Position numbers and translations under genes: made by a program
Sequence record: SRR31156797_6140
Length of the DNA stretch: 49,625 nt
Strand: one strand, 5' to 3'
The notes under the pieces: model-generated
Told to the model about the DNA's origin: nothing
The model's input: the letters and a program-made list of their open reading frames with translations, nothing else
Databases searched by the model: none
Shown: piece after piece, positions 1-10,051 of the stretch
Layout: each line of letters begins with the position of its first letter
Numbering within the stretch: position 1 is the first letter of the stretch

Positions 1-651
1 TCTGATTTCGTGACTCATATTGGCTAAAAAAGCCGATTTTACTTTTTCCGAATTAATAGCTTTCAGACTTTCTGCAATAAACTGCTTTTGTGCATAATAA
101 AGCAAGGGTACTTCCAATACAAAGAACAGTGTTGAGATGATAAATATATCAATGAGACGTTCCCGGCTATTATTATAATCAATGATCCATTCCGGATGGA
201 AAAATTCAATAAAAAAAAGGAACATTGTATTCAGAGAAAACAAAAAAGTAATGAGTAAGCGCCTTTTTACTTCAGTAAAAAATAAAAACATAGGAACAAA
301 TGCCTGCACAATAAGCAAAGTAGGGCCATAACTTCCGGCATTAAAAAACCAAAGTAAGTTTAGGATTATAAAAATAGAAGTGATAAAACTATTGAGAGTG
401 AGATAATAATAGTTTTTAAAGCGACAAAGATAATAAAGGCATGAAAAAAATAAAGCTATTGCACTTGTTGTAATAATTAATGGCAGAGATAATTGCATAG
501 CAATATTACTTATGGTGGCAATAAGAGCTAAAAAAAGTGAGATTAATAATATTTGTTGAAATATTTCTTTTGAATTAATTCTTCCTAATTTAATATCAAT
601 CCATTTATCCAGAAAAATCCCAAATAGGTTCGAAATTTTTTTTCTACTCAT
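1..651 (-). CDS. Membrane sensor histidine kinase, N-terminal part (runs off the window start)
   Basis: Not in the ORF track. Manual translation from ATG at 651 gives several hydrophobic segments, then AINSEKVKSAFLANMSHEIR, a HisKA H-box. Confidence 0.85.
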   Translation of the reverse strand, partial: MSRKKISNLFGIFLDKWIDIKLGRINSKEIFQQILLISLFLALIATISNIAMQLSLPLIITTSAIALFFSCLYYLCRFKNYYYLTLNSFITSIFIILNLLWFFNAGSYGPTLLIVQAFVPMFLFFTEVKRRLLITFLFSLNTMFLFFIEFFHPEWIIDYNNSRERLIDIFIISTLFFVLEVPLLYYAQKQFIAESLKAINSEKVKSAFLANMSHEIR

Positions 652-764
652 GTGATGTGATGATTTAGAATTTTAAATATAGAATAATGATTGAATAGAG
701 TTACACTAATTTTGTTAAATCAACAGAATTTCGGACTAAATGCGTTTTTCATTAGGGTAAATGT

Positions 765-772
765 TATTTTTG
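765..772 (+). promoter_or_regulatory. Bacteroidota -7 promoter element for cobD-cbiB
   Basis: TATTTTTG matches TAnnTTTG, 26 nt before ATG 799. Confidence 0.5.
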
Positions 773-798
773 CGCTTTTATTTTCAAAAAAAGCAATT

Positions 799-1827
799 AT
801 GTTGCACGGTCACGGAAATGATACTTTGTTGTTAAAGCATAAGGTAAAAGTTGATTTTAGCTCTAATATTTGGTACGAAAATGTAAATAATGGATTGTTG
901 CAACATCTGCAGCAAAAATTATCTAATATATGCAATTATCCACCTGTAGATGCTGCGAATTTACAACGTAAAGTAGCTGATTTCTATAGTTTAAAGAGTG
1001 ATCGGGTTTGTATAAGTAGTGGCGCTACCGAAGCTTTTTATCTATTGGCACATTTATACAAACAAAAAACGGCAACAGTTATTGGTCCGGCATTTTCAGA
1101 ATATGAAGATGCATGTAGAATGTACAATCTGGATATTCAATTTTTAAGTAATACTCAACTGCATGAGGATAGTCAATTCAATACCGATTTAGTTTGGTTA
1201 GGTAACCCTAATAATCCTGACGGAAAAGTACTAAGCTTAGAATTTATGAAAGCTTTGCTGCAAAATAATACTAACGCTTTATTTGTTATAGACGAGGCTT
1301 ATGGAGACTTGTGTAATGGGTTTGATTCAGCGATTAGTTTATTAGAGGAGTATGAAAATTTAGTTATAGTAAAATCGGTTACTAAGCTTTGTTCGATTCC
1401 AGGTTTGCGTTTGGGTTATTTAATAGGAAATGAATCATTAATTCATAAAATCGGATCACTAAGAATGCCATGGAGTGTGGCTACATTGGCCATAGAAGCC
1501 GGTTTGTATATCTATGATCATTTCAATGATTTTAAATTAAATGTAGATCAGATATATCATGAATGTTCATCTTTTCAGCATCAGTTAAAGGAAAGTACAA
1601 ATTTCAAAGTCTTTTCATCTTGTACCAATTATTTTTTATCGGAATTAACATCAGGAACCGCAGCTGAATTGAAGTCATACCTGTTGGAAAACCACGGTTT
1701 TTTGATCCGGGATTGCTCCAATTTTAGAGGACTGACTGAAAGGCATTTTCGCATGGCGGTTCAGGGACAAGAGAATAATAAACAATGCGTCAATGCTATT
1801 CAAACTTATTTAGAACATGCACACTGA
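799..1827 (+). CDS. cobD: L-threonine-O-3-phosphate decarboxylase (PLP class I/II aminotransferase fold)
   Basis: HGHG..DFSSN start, NPNNPDG, IDEAY and KSVTKLCSIPGLRLGY motifs; overlaps cbiB. ATG 799 is preferred over the track's TTG 691. Confidence 0.85.
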   Translation: MLHGHGNDTLLLKHKVKVDFSSNIWYENVNNGLLQHLQQKLSNICNYPPVDAANLQRKVADFYSLKSDRVCISSGATEAFYLLAHLYKQKTATVIGPAFSEYEDACRMYNLDIQFLSNTQLHEDSQFNTDLVWLGNPNNPDGKVLSLEFMKALLQNNTNALFVIDEAYGDLCNGFDSAISLLEEYENLVIVKSVTKLCSIPGLRLGYLIGNESLIHKIGSLRMPWSVATLAIEAGLYIYDHFNDFKLNVDQIYHECSSFQHQLKESTNFKVFSSCTNYFLSELTSGTAAELKSYLLENHGFLIRDCSNFRGLTERHFRMAVQGQENNKQCVNAIQTYLEHAH

Positions 1828-2749
1828 TTTACTTCCGGCATATATTTTAGTCATTGGTTTTTTATTGGATGCTCTCATTGGTGACCCAAACAGTTGGCCA
1901 CATCCAATTAAAGTTTTTGGGAATCTTATTTATTGGGGCGAAAATCGATTTAATCAGGGACAAAAAAGAAAACAGAAAGGAGCTTTGTTTGCCATAGTTT
2001 GTATTGTATTTGCTTTTGTTGTTTTTAGTTTGATAAACTGGGGAATACAATTTAATTTTTGGTTGAATCTTATAGCTGGTTCCGTATTTGTATTTTACGG
2101 TTTAGCCAACCATATGTTGATTAAGGAAAGTTTAAAAGTGGTATTTCGACTCGAAAAAGAAGGGGTAGAAGCAGGGCGAGATCAATTAAAATATATTGTA
2201 GGACGTGATACCTCTCAATTAAATCCACATCAGATAAGAACGGCTGTTTTGGAAACGCTTTCCGAAAACCTGAGCGATGGTGTTATTGCACCCTTGTTTT
2301 ATTATGCCATTGGAGGAATCCCACTTATGTTTGCCTATAAAATGATTAATACGCTGGATTCTATGATTGGCTATAAAAGTGAGCGTTATAAGCAATTTGG
2401 TATGTTGGCAGCCAAAATAGATGATGTAGCTAATTTTATTCCGGCTCGTTTAACCGCCTTACTAATGGTGCTGGTGAGCTTTAGTTTCCGTGGGCTACAA
2501 TATATCCTCAAATATGGAAACCAACATGCCAGTCCCAATGCCGGATATCCCGAATCGGCTTTAGCCGGAATATTAAATTGTCGCTTTGGAGGCCCAAATG
2601 TTTACCATGGTCAATTGATGGATAAACCCTACATAGGCGAAAATCCACGCCAAGTCACAAAAAAAGATATTATTAAAGCAGCATGGGTAAATGTGGGCGT
2701 GAGTGTGGTAATGGTAGGCTTAATAGTGAGTCTCTTTTATTTTGTTTAA
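1817..2749 (+). CDS. cbiB: Adenosylcobinamide-phosphate synthase
   Basis: GDP..WPHP, IVGRDT, ETLSENLSDGVIAPLFY, YKMINTLDSMIGY and HASPNAGYPE motifs. Confidence 0.95.
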   Translation: MHTDLLPAYILVIGFLLDALIGDPNSWPHPIKVFGNLIYWGENRFNQGQKRKQKGALFAIVCIVFAFVVFSLINWGIQFNFWLNLIAGSVFVFYGLANHMLIKESLKVVFRLEKEGVEAGRDQLKYIVGRDTSQLNPHQIRTAVLETLSENLSDGVIAPLFYYAIGGIPLMFAYKMINTLDSMIGYKSERYKQFGMLAAKIDDVANFIPARLTALLMVLVSFSFRGLQYILKYGNQHASPNAGYPESALAGILNCRFGGPNVYHGQLMDKPYIGENPRQVTKKDIIKAAWVNVGVSVVMVGLIVSLFYFV

Positions 2750-2843
2750 ATCCTGCCCAAAGAAATTCAGTACTTTTTTAAAGAGTACTGATATTATCTT
2801 CCTATAAAATCAAAGAAACCGTTAATAAATACTTATTAACCGT

Positions 2844-2933
2844 GGCGTAAGAGTTAGTTGTAACGGCGAAATGCTAATTACTAAGGCGAAATACCTTGGG
2901 GTGTAGGCTAAACATCATGTTACGGAGGCGAAC
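2844..2933 (+). repeat. Five direct repeats of GGCGAA at about 21-bp period
   Basis: GGCGTAA 2844, GGCGAAA 2865, GGCGAAA 2885, GGCTAAA 2906, GGCGAAC 2927 (spacing 21, 20, 21, 21). Confidence 0.75.
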
Positions 2934-3000
2934 AGTATGTTACATTTAAAAACTTTGGTAAAACTTGAAGAAGCGCGCCATATTTTTCTCTTTTTTCATT

Positions 3001-3036
3001 TTTGTTTAGGCATATTAAAAAATATATATACATTTG
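3001..3036 (+). promoter_or_regulatory. Bacteroidota promoter (-33 TTTG, -7 TACATTTG) driving the riboswitch leader
   Basis: TTTG at 3001 and TAnnTTTG at 3029-3036, immediately before the aptamer. Confidence 0.7.
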
Positions 3037-3039
3037 CGT

Positions 3040-3216
3040 CAGTTTTGTGATTGGCAAGTATACCTACTTGTCATGAGAGGGAACCCGGTGTAAATCCGGG
3101 GCTGTACCCGCAGCTGTAAGCTCCACAATAATGTTTAGTACCACAAAACCACTGTTGAAAACGTTTCAATGGGAAGGTAAACTAAACAGGAGTAAGCCAG
3201 AAGACCTGCAAAACAG
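3040..3216 (+). ncRNA. Cobalamin riboswitch (aptamer)
   Basis: AGGGAACCCGGTGTAAATCCGGGGCTGTACCCGCAGCTGTAA core, CCACTG...TGGGAAGGT and B12 box AAGCCAGAAGACCTGC; lies upstream of B12 genes. Confidence 0.93.
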
Positions 3217-3222
3217 AATTCA

Positions 3223-3270
3223 TACAGTAATCAATTTCGGGTGAAGATTATACTGTAGATGTTTTATTTT
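3223..3270 (+). terminator. Probable riboswitch expression-platform terminator
   Basis: TACAGTAATC pairs with GATTA(TA)CTGTA, followed by GTTTTATTTT. Confidence 0.55.
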
Positions 3271-3283
3271 ACATAGATTTTTA

Positions 3284-4402
3284 ATGTTACGGTTTAGTGT
3301 ATTTGTACACATGCATTTTTGTATGCGTACATCTCAACTTTTTTTTTCTGTATGCAGAAAAGATAGTAGGTATGGTCAGTTAAAAATAAACTGTTTGGCC
3401 TTGGTGAATAGTAGCCTTCAAGGTTTTTTGAGTTATTTTAAATCAATTATAAAACTGATTGTAAGGCATGGCACAATTGATAGATTAAATGCCAAATCAG
3501 CATGTGCAATGTTAATGCTGTTTGTTTTGCTTAGTTCTTGTCAGACTAATGGCTCCAAAGAAAACAATGCTCAGAAATCCGGAATATTGTTGGTAACTTT
3601 TGGTTCATCTTATGCCAAACCTCATCAAACATTTCAGTTTATCGATTCTCTTACCAGAAATCGATTTCCTAATCAGGAAATTCGCTGGGCTTACACCTCT
3701 TCATTTGTAATTAAAAAATTAAAAGATGGTAAAGGTCATGGCTCTCTGAAAGGACAATCTATACATATGTTTTCACCCCGGGAAGCACTGTTGCAAATGA
3801 TACAAGATGGCTTTAGTCATATTTCAGTTCAGTCGCTTCATATGATACCAGGAAGTGAGTATGACGATCTTGCTCAAACAATAAATAATATAAGCGCTGA
3901 AAATCCTCAACTTAAGTGTGCGTTAGGAGCTCCTTTAATGAATGATGAAGAGGATCTAAAAAGCATATCAGATGAGTTATGCCGTATTTTTTCAGAACAA
4001 CTGAAAAGTGGTGAACCTGTTCTTTTTATGGGACATGGTACAGAACATGCAAGCAATATTAAATATGCCTTGCTGGAAAAGGAAATGCAAAAAAAGGCAC
4101 CTCATTTTTATGTAGGTACAGTTGAAGGATTTCCTTTAATCGACGATCTAATTCCAAAATTAAAAACAAATCATAAAGGAATTTCCAATATTACAATCAC
4201 CCCTCTTATGTCTGTAGTTGGCGACCATGCTTTAAATGATTTAAATGGAACGAGTAACGAGATGTTTCCTGAGAATCCATCGTGGCGTGAGAAACTGGAG
4301 GCCGAAGGTTATCATGTTAACAGTATTTTAAAAGGTATGGGTGATTATCCAAATATCAGTAACATATGGTTAAACCATCTGGAAAAGATTCGAATTAAGT
4401 AA
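3284..4402 (+). CDS. cbiK: Sirohydrochlorin cobaltochelatase CbiK, with lipoprotein signal (start codon uncertain)
   Basis: GILLVTFGSS, VQSLHMIPGSEYD, MGHGTEH and PLMSVVGDHALND motifs; hydrophobic stretch plus LSSC lipobox (Cys codon 3539-3541). Confidence 0.88.
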   Translation: MLRFSVFVHMHFCMRTSQLFFSVCRKDSRYGQLKINCLALVNSSLQGFLSYFKSIIKLIVRHGTIDRLNAKSACAMLMLFVLLSSCQTNGSKENNAQKSGILLVTFGSSYAKPHQTFQFIDSLTRNRFPNQEIRWAYTSSFVIKKLKDGKGHGSLKGQSIHMFSPREALLQMIQDGFSHISVQSLHMIPGSEYDDLAQTINNISAENPQLKCALGAPLMNDEEDLKSISDELCRIFSEQLKSGEPVLFMGHGTEHASNIKYALLEKEMQKKAPHFYVGTVEGFPLIDDLIPKLKTNHKGISNITITPLMSVVGDHALNDLNGTSNEMFPENPSWREKLEAEGYHVNSILKGMGDYPNISNIWLNHLEKIRIK

Positions 4403-4448
4403 TTCATAAAAATTCCCAAATCGTCATAATCTGACAATTATTTCAATG

Positions 4449-4485
4449 AAAGAAAATCCTCCCTTACATAGGGTGGGTTTTCTTT
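4449..4485 (+). terminator. Intergenic hairpin (attenuator or mRNA stabiliser) between cbiK and the TonB receptor
   Basis: AAGAAAATCCTCCCT-tacat-AGGGTGGGTTTTCTTT imperfect inverted repeat. Confidence 0.45.
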
Positions 4486-4521
4486 ATCAAACTCAGTACG
4501 ATTTAATAAAAACTATCTAAA

Positions 4522-6696
4522 ATGTATAAAGCAATATTTTTAACTATTACTATATTATCTTCTTTATTCAGTATTCATGCCCAAAATAAGTATTCTATAA
4601 GTGGAAAAATAAGCGATGAAAATGCAGAAGCGCTTATTGGTGCACATGTTTATTTAAATGGAACCTCTATTGGTGTAGCTACCAATGAAGTCGGAGAGTT
4701 TAAAATAAAAAATGTGATTTCCAAGGATTATCAACTTTGTGTTTCTTATTCTGGTTATAAAAGATATCGTCAGCAAATAGAATTGAATCAGGATATCAGT
4801 GGGCTGGATATCACCATGAATCAGGCCGAAGGTAACCTGGGCGAAGTGGTAGTAACAGGCACCGGAACGCCACATCATTTAAAAACAGCACCTGTTCCAA
4901 CGGAGTTGATTTCTAAAAAGACCATAGAGGATGTGGCTGCTCCGGATTTTATTTCGTTAATGCAAACCGTAAGTCCATCCTTCGATTTTAGTCCTGGAAG
5001 CATGGGATCTTTCATTCAATTGAATGGATTAGGAAATGATTTTATTGTGATACTGATTGATGGAAAACGCGTGTATGGCGATATGGGAGGCTTGAACGAT
5101 TTAGGCAGGATTAGTCCTGATAATGTGGAGCGCATCGAAGTGGTAAAAGGTGCTTCGTCCTCCTTATATGGATCTGATGCCATTGCTGGTGTTATTAATA
5201 TCATTACTAAAAAATCAAAGCGAAAGTTCTCGCTTACAAACAATACTTTATTAAGCGAATACAATGGCTTGCAACAAACAGCCAATATCGATTTTAATTC
5301 GCGCAAGCTAAGGAGTCATACTAGTTTTTCACTGAAAAAAACGGATGGTTGGCAAAATAGCCCTTACGAAATGGATGGCGAAGATTTGGTAGAAACGGAT
5401 TATATGACGCAAAATCCTTATAATAACCGCAATATCAGTCAGGATTTGGAGTTTTATGTCAACGATCAGTTTACTGTGTCAGGAGGCGCATCCTATTATA
5501 TCAATGATATTCAGAATCCGGCAAAATCCTATGGTTATTATTTCGAAGATCTGAGCTATCACCTTGGGGCTCAATACCTGGTTTCAGCCAAATCGAAAGT
5601 GGATTTTATATTTACTTCGGATAGATATAAATATTACTACAAATACAACGAAGAGTATAAATCGTATGAAAAAGGTGATTTTACTTTAAATAACGATCAG
5701 CAACGTATGGCTTATGATTTAAAGTGGATTACTGAGTTAAATGATAATCATACACTAACGGTTGGAGAAGAGCTAATCAATGAAATATATCGTTCCGAAA
5801 CGCGCGTTGAAGGAGGAAAAGCAGAGGCATTTACACATTCTTTTTATGCGCAGGACGAAATAAAAATGTTTACGCATTTATTGGCTACTGCCGGATTTAG
5901 AGTGGTTTCACATCAGAATTTTGGTTCTATTGTTACACCTAAACTTTCATTGCTGTATAAATTCAACAATTTTAATTTAAGAGGAACTTATTCCAATGGT
6001 TTTAAAGCCCCGACTTTAAAAGAGTTGTATTATCAATATGAAAAAGGATCTAAGGTGTATATGGGAAATACCGATTTAGATCCGCAGAAATCCCATTACT
6101 ATAGTTTGGGTGTGGATTATAATAACGATTGGTTTTCAGGAAACCTCAGCGCATACCAAAATGATGTAAACGGACTAATTGTTTACAAAACCATTGATTT
6201 ATTACCGGGAGATGAAGAAGCCGGAATTACTAGTCGACGTCAGCATTATAATGTTGAGAATGCACAAACTTTGGGAGCCGATATCATGTTTGATGTGAAG
6301 CTTCCGAAAGGCTTTACTGTTGGAGGTGGCTATAGCTATGTAGATGCCCGAAATCTTACATCAGATTCCCGATTGGAATATGTGGCTCAAAATTATTTAA
6401 ATGTTCGGGCAGGATATGCACATAAGTGGAATGATTATTCTTTGCGCTTAAATCTTTTGGGACGCATACAAGATGAAAGATACTTTGAAGGAGAGCCTAA
6501 TGCCAAGGCTTACCAGTTGTGGAAATTATCAACGGTTCATGATTTTGCAGAATTTAGCAGCTTTAAAATCAGATTTACAGCCGGAATTGATAATGTTTTA
6601 GATGAGGTGGATGATTCACCTTATGGTTCGCATTATGGAACGATTAATCCAGGCCGAACCTTTTTTGCAGGACTAGAAATAAATTTTTCAAAATAG
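4522..6696 (+). CDS. TonB-dependent outer-membrane receptor, BtuB-like (corrinoid or cobalt)
   Basis: Signal peptide, carboxypeptidase-regulatory-like N-domain, EVVVTGT, plug motif ERIEVVKGASSSLYGSDAIAGVINIIT, C-terminal GRTFFAGLEINF; under the B12 riboswitch. Confidence 0.9.
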   Translation: MYKAIFLTITILSSLFSIHAQNKYSISGKISDENAEALIGAHVYLNGTSIGVATNEVGEFKIKNVISKDYQLCVSYSGYKRYRQQIELNQDISGLDITMNQAEGNLGEVVVTGTGTPHHLKTAPVPTELISKKTIEDVAAPDFISLMQTVSPSFDFSPGSMGSFIQLNGLGNDFIVILIDGKRVYGDMGGLNDLGRISPDNVERIEVVKGASSSLYGSDAIAGVINIITKKSKRKFSLTNNTLLSEYNGLQQTANIDFNSRKLRSHTSFSLKKTDGWQNSPYEMDGEDLVETDYMTQNPYNNRNISQDLEFYVNDQFTVSGGASYYINDIQNPAKSYGYYFEDLSYHLGAQYLVSAKSKVDFIFTSDRYKYYYKYNEEYKSYEKGDFTLNNDQQRMAYDLKWITELNDNHTLTVGEELINEIYRSETRVEGGKAEAFTHSFYAQDEIKMFTHLLATAGFRVVSHQNFGSIVTPKLSLLYKFNNFNLRGTYSNGFKAPTLKELYYQYEKGSKVYMGNTDLDPQKSHYYSLGVDYNNDWFSGNLSAYQNDVNGLIVYKTIDLLPGDEEAGITSRRQHYNVENAQTLGADIMFDVKLPKGFTVGGGYSYVDARNLTSDSRLEYVAQNYLNVRAGYAHKWNDYSLRLNLLGRIQDERYFEGEPNAKAYQLWKLSTVHDFAEFSSFKIRFTAGIDNVLDEVDDSPYGSHYGTINPGRTFFAGLEINFSK

Positions 6697-6806
6697 AAAA
6701 TAGCTAATATCTGTATAACTCGATTGAATTCGCTGTCGCACCCTCTTTTGTATAACTGTTTTTTTGCAGGGTGCGCAGTGCATTTAATTATTGATCAATC
6801 CAGTTT

Positions 6807-7931
6807 ATGAATAGAATGCGCTTTAAAATCACCATATCTTTCTCTTTGATGCTAACTGCGATAGCGTGTAATTATGACTCTGGTCATCAATCACAAATTG
6901 ATCAAATTAATGTCATCAATCTGCATGCAGCAAAAGGTTTTAGTATTGATTCTACTCAACATTCTAAAACATTGCGTATTTATGACACACACACTCATAG
7001 TAAGGTGGTTGATGAATTTGTTTTGCGACCTCAAAGTTATCAAGCAGACTTAGAAGCCAATGAAATTAAAGTTCCATGTAAACGAATAGTGTGCCTGAGC
7101 TCAACGCAGTTGGCTTATTTAATAGAACTGGATGCACTTGAAAATATAGTAGGCATCAATAGTAGCAAGCATCTTTTTAATAAAAAAATAAAAGAAAAAG
7201 TAGCTACAGATAAAGTTGCCAAAGTAGGAAAGGAAGGAAGCTTTAATATAGAAACCATCATTAACCTTAACCCGGATGTCATTTTTGTTTCGCCTTTTAA
7301 AACCGGAGGATATGATGCTCTAAAGAACCTGGGAATACCTTTGGTTCCGATGGCTTCTTATGGCGAGAATACGCCACTTGGCCGAGCCGAATGGATGAAG
7401 ATGATGGCACTTTTTACCGGAGACAGCCCCAAGGCGGATCGTATCTTTAACCAGATAAAAAGTAATTATGCGCATTTAAAATCTCTAACCGATTCCATAA
7501 CAAAGCGACCAACGGTGTTTAGTGGTAAAATGAAAGGCGGAACATGGTACGTAGCTGGAGGGGAAAGTTTTTTTGCACATTATTTCAAAGATGCTGGTGC
7601 CGATTATGTAATAAAAGATAATAATACAGCTGCAGAGCCAATGGATTATGAAAGCCTATATAATCAGGCATGGAATGCCGATTATTGGCGTTTATTGACA
7701 AGTTCACCAAAAGGATTCAATAAAAAGGCTCTTAAAGCCGAGGATGAGCGCTATGCAGATTTTAAAGCTTTTAAAACAGGAAATATTCTTTTATGCAATG
7801 TGCGTGAAATACCTTATCGGGAAGAATCCAGTGTTAAACCGGATGTTTTACTGGCCGATTATATACATCATTTTCACCCCGATTTATTACCTAATCATCA
7901 ACCTGTTTATTGGAAAAAGATAAATGAATAA
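6807..7931 (+). CDS. ABC transporter substrate-binding lipoprotein (BtuF/FepB class)
   Basis: AIAC lipobox, RIVCLSST, ETIINLNPDVIF and ENTPLGRAEWMK motifs. Confidence 0.88.
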   Translation: MNRMRFKITISFSLMLTAIACNYDSGHQSQIDQINVINLHAAKGFSIDSTQHSKTLRIYDTHTHSKVVDEFVLRPQSYQADLEANEIKVPCKRIVCLSSTQLAYLIELDALENIVGINSSKHLFNKKIKEKVATDKVAKVGKEGSFNIETIINLNPDVIFVSPFKTGGYDALKNLGIPLVPMASYGENTPLGRAEWMKMMALFTGDSPKADRIFNQIKSNYAHLKSLTDSITKRPTVFSGKMKGGTWYVAGGESFFAHYFKDAGADYVIKDNNTAAEPMDYESLYNQAWNADYWRLLTSSPKGFNKKALKAEDERYADFKAFKTGNILLCNVREIPYREESSVKPDVLLADYIHHFHPDLLPNHQPVYWKKINE

Positions 7932-8991
7932 AACCATACTATATTATATTGGCTTACATTCTGGATATGCTAAAATTCTGTTGGGAGTTTTGCTGTTACA
8001 GGCACTTTTTGTGCTCAATCTGGCGATTGGATCGGTGCATATACCGGTTAAATCTGTAGTATCCATCTTATTCAGTAAAGATGCGGAAAATATAGTGTGG
8101 TTTAACATTATGATGCGTTCCCGTTTGCCTCAAGCCATGGTTGCCTCAGGAGCTGGGATGGCTTTAGGAATTGCGGGTTTATTGATGCAAACCTTATTTA
8201 GAAATCCCTTAGCAGGCCCTTCTGTTTTAGGAATTTCATCAGGAGCAAGTTTGGGGGTTGGTTTTGTCATTCTGGTAGCGGGACAGTTTTTAGGTTTTTC
8301 ATTTAGCCAGTTAGGTATGATGGGTGATATTTCACTGTTGGTAGCTGCCTTTTCTGGTTCGTTGGGGATTTTGGCAGTCATTCTCATATTGTCTAAAAAG
8401 TTTGGTAGCAATCTGGCGGTATTGATATTAGGTGTGATGATTGGCTATTTGAGTAATTCTCTTTTAGGGATTATGAAATTTTATAGTTTGGAGGAGGATG
8501 TGCATACCTATGTGATTTGGGGTTTGGGAAGTTTTTCCAGATTGTCTTTAGGGCGAGCTCAACTATTCTTATGGTTGACAATTATTCCTTCCGTAGCCTG
8601 TTTGTTTCTATCTAAACCTTTAAACTTATTATCGCTGGGAGATAATTATGCTTTCAATTTGGGTTTAAAAATCAAACGAGCACGTGTATTAATTATATTA
8701 GTTTCTGGGGTTTTAACGGCCATTGTTACTGCATTTTGCGGACCGATTGCATTTATTGGAATGGCTGTTCCGCATATGGCTAAAATGATATCACGAACAT
8801 CCAATCATTTCACATTAATCTCTTATGCAGGGATTTTGGGTTCGGCCACGGCACTACTTTGCTGTTTAATAGCACGGCTTCCTGGTTTCGATAGTGCTTT
8901 GCCTATTAATTCGGTTACTGCATTTGTTGGTGCACCAGTAGTTATTTCTGTTATCTGGAAACGAAGAAAAAGTCAATTCGGGGAGGAGTAG
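7924..8991 (+). CDS. ABC transporter permease (BtuC/FecCD family)
   Basis: RLPQA, MQTLFRNPLAGPSVLGISSGA and GPIAFIGMAVPH motifs. Confidence 0.93.
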   Translation: MNKTILYYIGLHSGYAKILLGVLLLQALFVLNLAIGSVHIPVKSVVSILFSKDAENIVWFNIMMRSRLPQAMVASGAGMALGIAGLLMQTLFRNPLAGPSVLGISSGASLGVGFVILVAGQFLGFSFSQLGMMGDISLLVAAFSGSLGILAVILILSKKFGSNLAVLILGVMIGYLSNSLLGIMKFYSLEEDVHTYVIWGLGSFSRLSLGRAQLFLWLTIIPSVACLFLSKPLNLLSLGDNYAFNLGLKIKRARVLIILVSGVLTAIVTAFCGPIAFIGMAVPHMAKMISRTSNHFTLISYAGILGSATALLCCLIARLPGFDSALPINSVTAFVGAPVVISVIWKRRKSQFGEE

Positions 8992-8992
8992 T

Positions 8993-10051
8993 ATGGCATC
9001 AATTATAGAAATAAAGAATTTAAGTATTGGCTATCAAGGATCACAAAATGCTAAAGTGGTAGCACAAAGTCTGAACGCCTGTTTGCAGGAAGGTGAAATG
9101 ACTTGTTTGTTAGGTGCTAATGGTAAAGGTAAAAGTACTTTAATGAAAACCATTAGTGGTTTTTTATCTCCTATTAAGGGAGAATTAATGCTAAATGGTT
9201 CTGGTATTCAAAATCTGAATGAGAAACAAATGGCACAACAAATTGCCATTGTTTTAACCGAAAAAATAAATGTGCCCAATGCTTCAGTGTTTGAATTGGT
9301 GGCTTATGGAAGAAGTCCTTTTACCGGATTTATGGGAAAGTTGTCGGCAAAGGATAAGCAAATTATAAATCAGTCGATTGAAATGTGCGGGATTGCACAC
9401 AAAAAACATGACTTATTAAGCACGCTAAGTGATGGCGAAAGACAAAAAGCGACCATAGCAAAGGCTTTGGCTCAGAATACACCTTTTATTTTGCTGGATG
9501 AACCTACGGCATTTTTAGATTTACCGGCTAGAGTGGAAATAATGCAGTTGTTGCGTCAATTGGCTTCGGAAAAAGGAAAGGCCATTTTAATGTCGACTCA
9601 CGATTTGGATTTGGCTTTGCAAATGGCTGATAAATTATGGCTGTTGCAAAGAGATGCTATTTGTAGTGGAAGTCCCGAAGATTTACTGTTATCCAATGCT
9701 TTTCAGAATATGTTTAGCAAGGGAGGAGTAGAGTTTGATAATAAAACAGGCATGTTCCGGGTGAAATATCAACACAAAGGTGTTTTAACGGTTCAGGGAC
9801 ATGGCTTTGAATATGTATTGTTGAGAAGGGCTTTATCTCGTAAGGGAATCCAACTAAAACAGCAACAGACTCCCTTGGGTATCTGGGTCAAAATAAAAAA
9901 TAAAATGTCATCTCCTTATGTGTTAATGGAAAATGAACAGGTTCTTGGTGACTTTGATTCTGTAGAGAAACTGGTAAAAGTAATTCTTGAAAAGGCAGAT
10001 GTAAATAAAATATTAGTCGACGAAAATCTTTTATCCTCACAAACATCATGA
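8993..10051 (+). CDS. ABC transporter ATPase (BtuD/FepC family) with C-terminal extension
   Basis: GANGKGKST Walker A, LSDGERQK signature, ILLDEPTAFLD Walker B, STHD. Confidence 0.93.
   Translation: MASIIEIKNLSIGYQGSQNAKVVAQSLNACLQEGEMTCLLGANGKGKSTLMKTISGFLSPIKGELMLNGSGIQNLNEKQMAQQIAIVLTEKINVPNASVFELVAYGRSPFTGFMGKLSAKDKQIINQSIEMCGIAHKKHDLLSTLSDGERQKATIAKALAQNTPFILLDEPTAFLDLPARVEIMQLLRQLASEKGKAILMSTHDLDLALQMADKLWLLQRDAICSGSPEDLLLSNAFQNMFSKGGVEFDNKTGMFRVKYQHKGVLTVQGHGFEYVLLRRALSRKGIQLKQQQTPLGIWVKIKNKMSSPYVLMENEQVLGDFDSVEKLVKVILEKADVNKILVDENLLSSQTS

Noticed and set aside
691-798. TTG-started extension of cobD
   Set aside because: It contains the promoter element; family-like sequence begins at ATG 799.
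6731-6782. CGCACCCT/AGGGTGCG stem after the TonB receptor as a second riboswitch
   Set aside because: No B12-box or other aptamer motifs; more likely an ordinary intercistronic stabilising hairpin.
9425-9448. ABC signature LSDGE instead of LSGGE
   Set aside because: Common variant in Bacteroidota BtuD/FepC-type ATPases; not evidence of inactivation.
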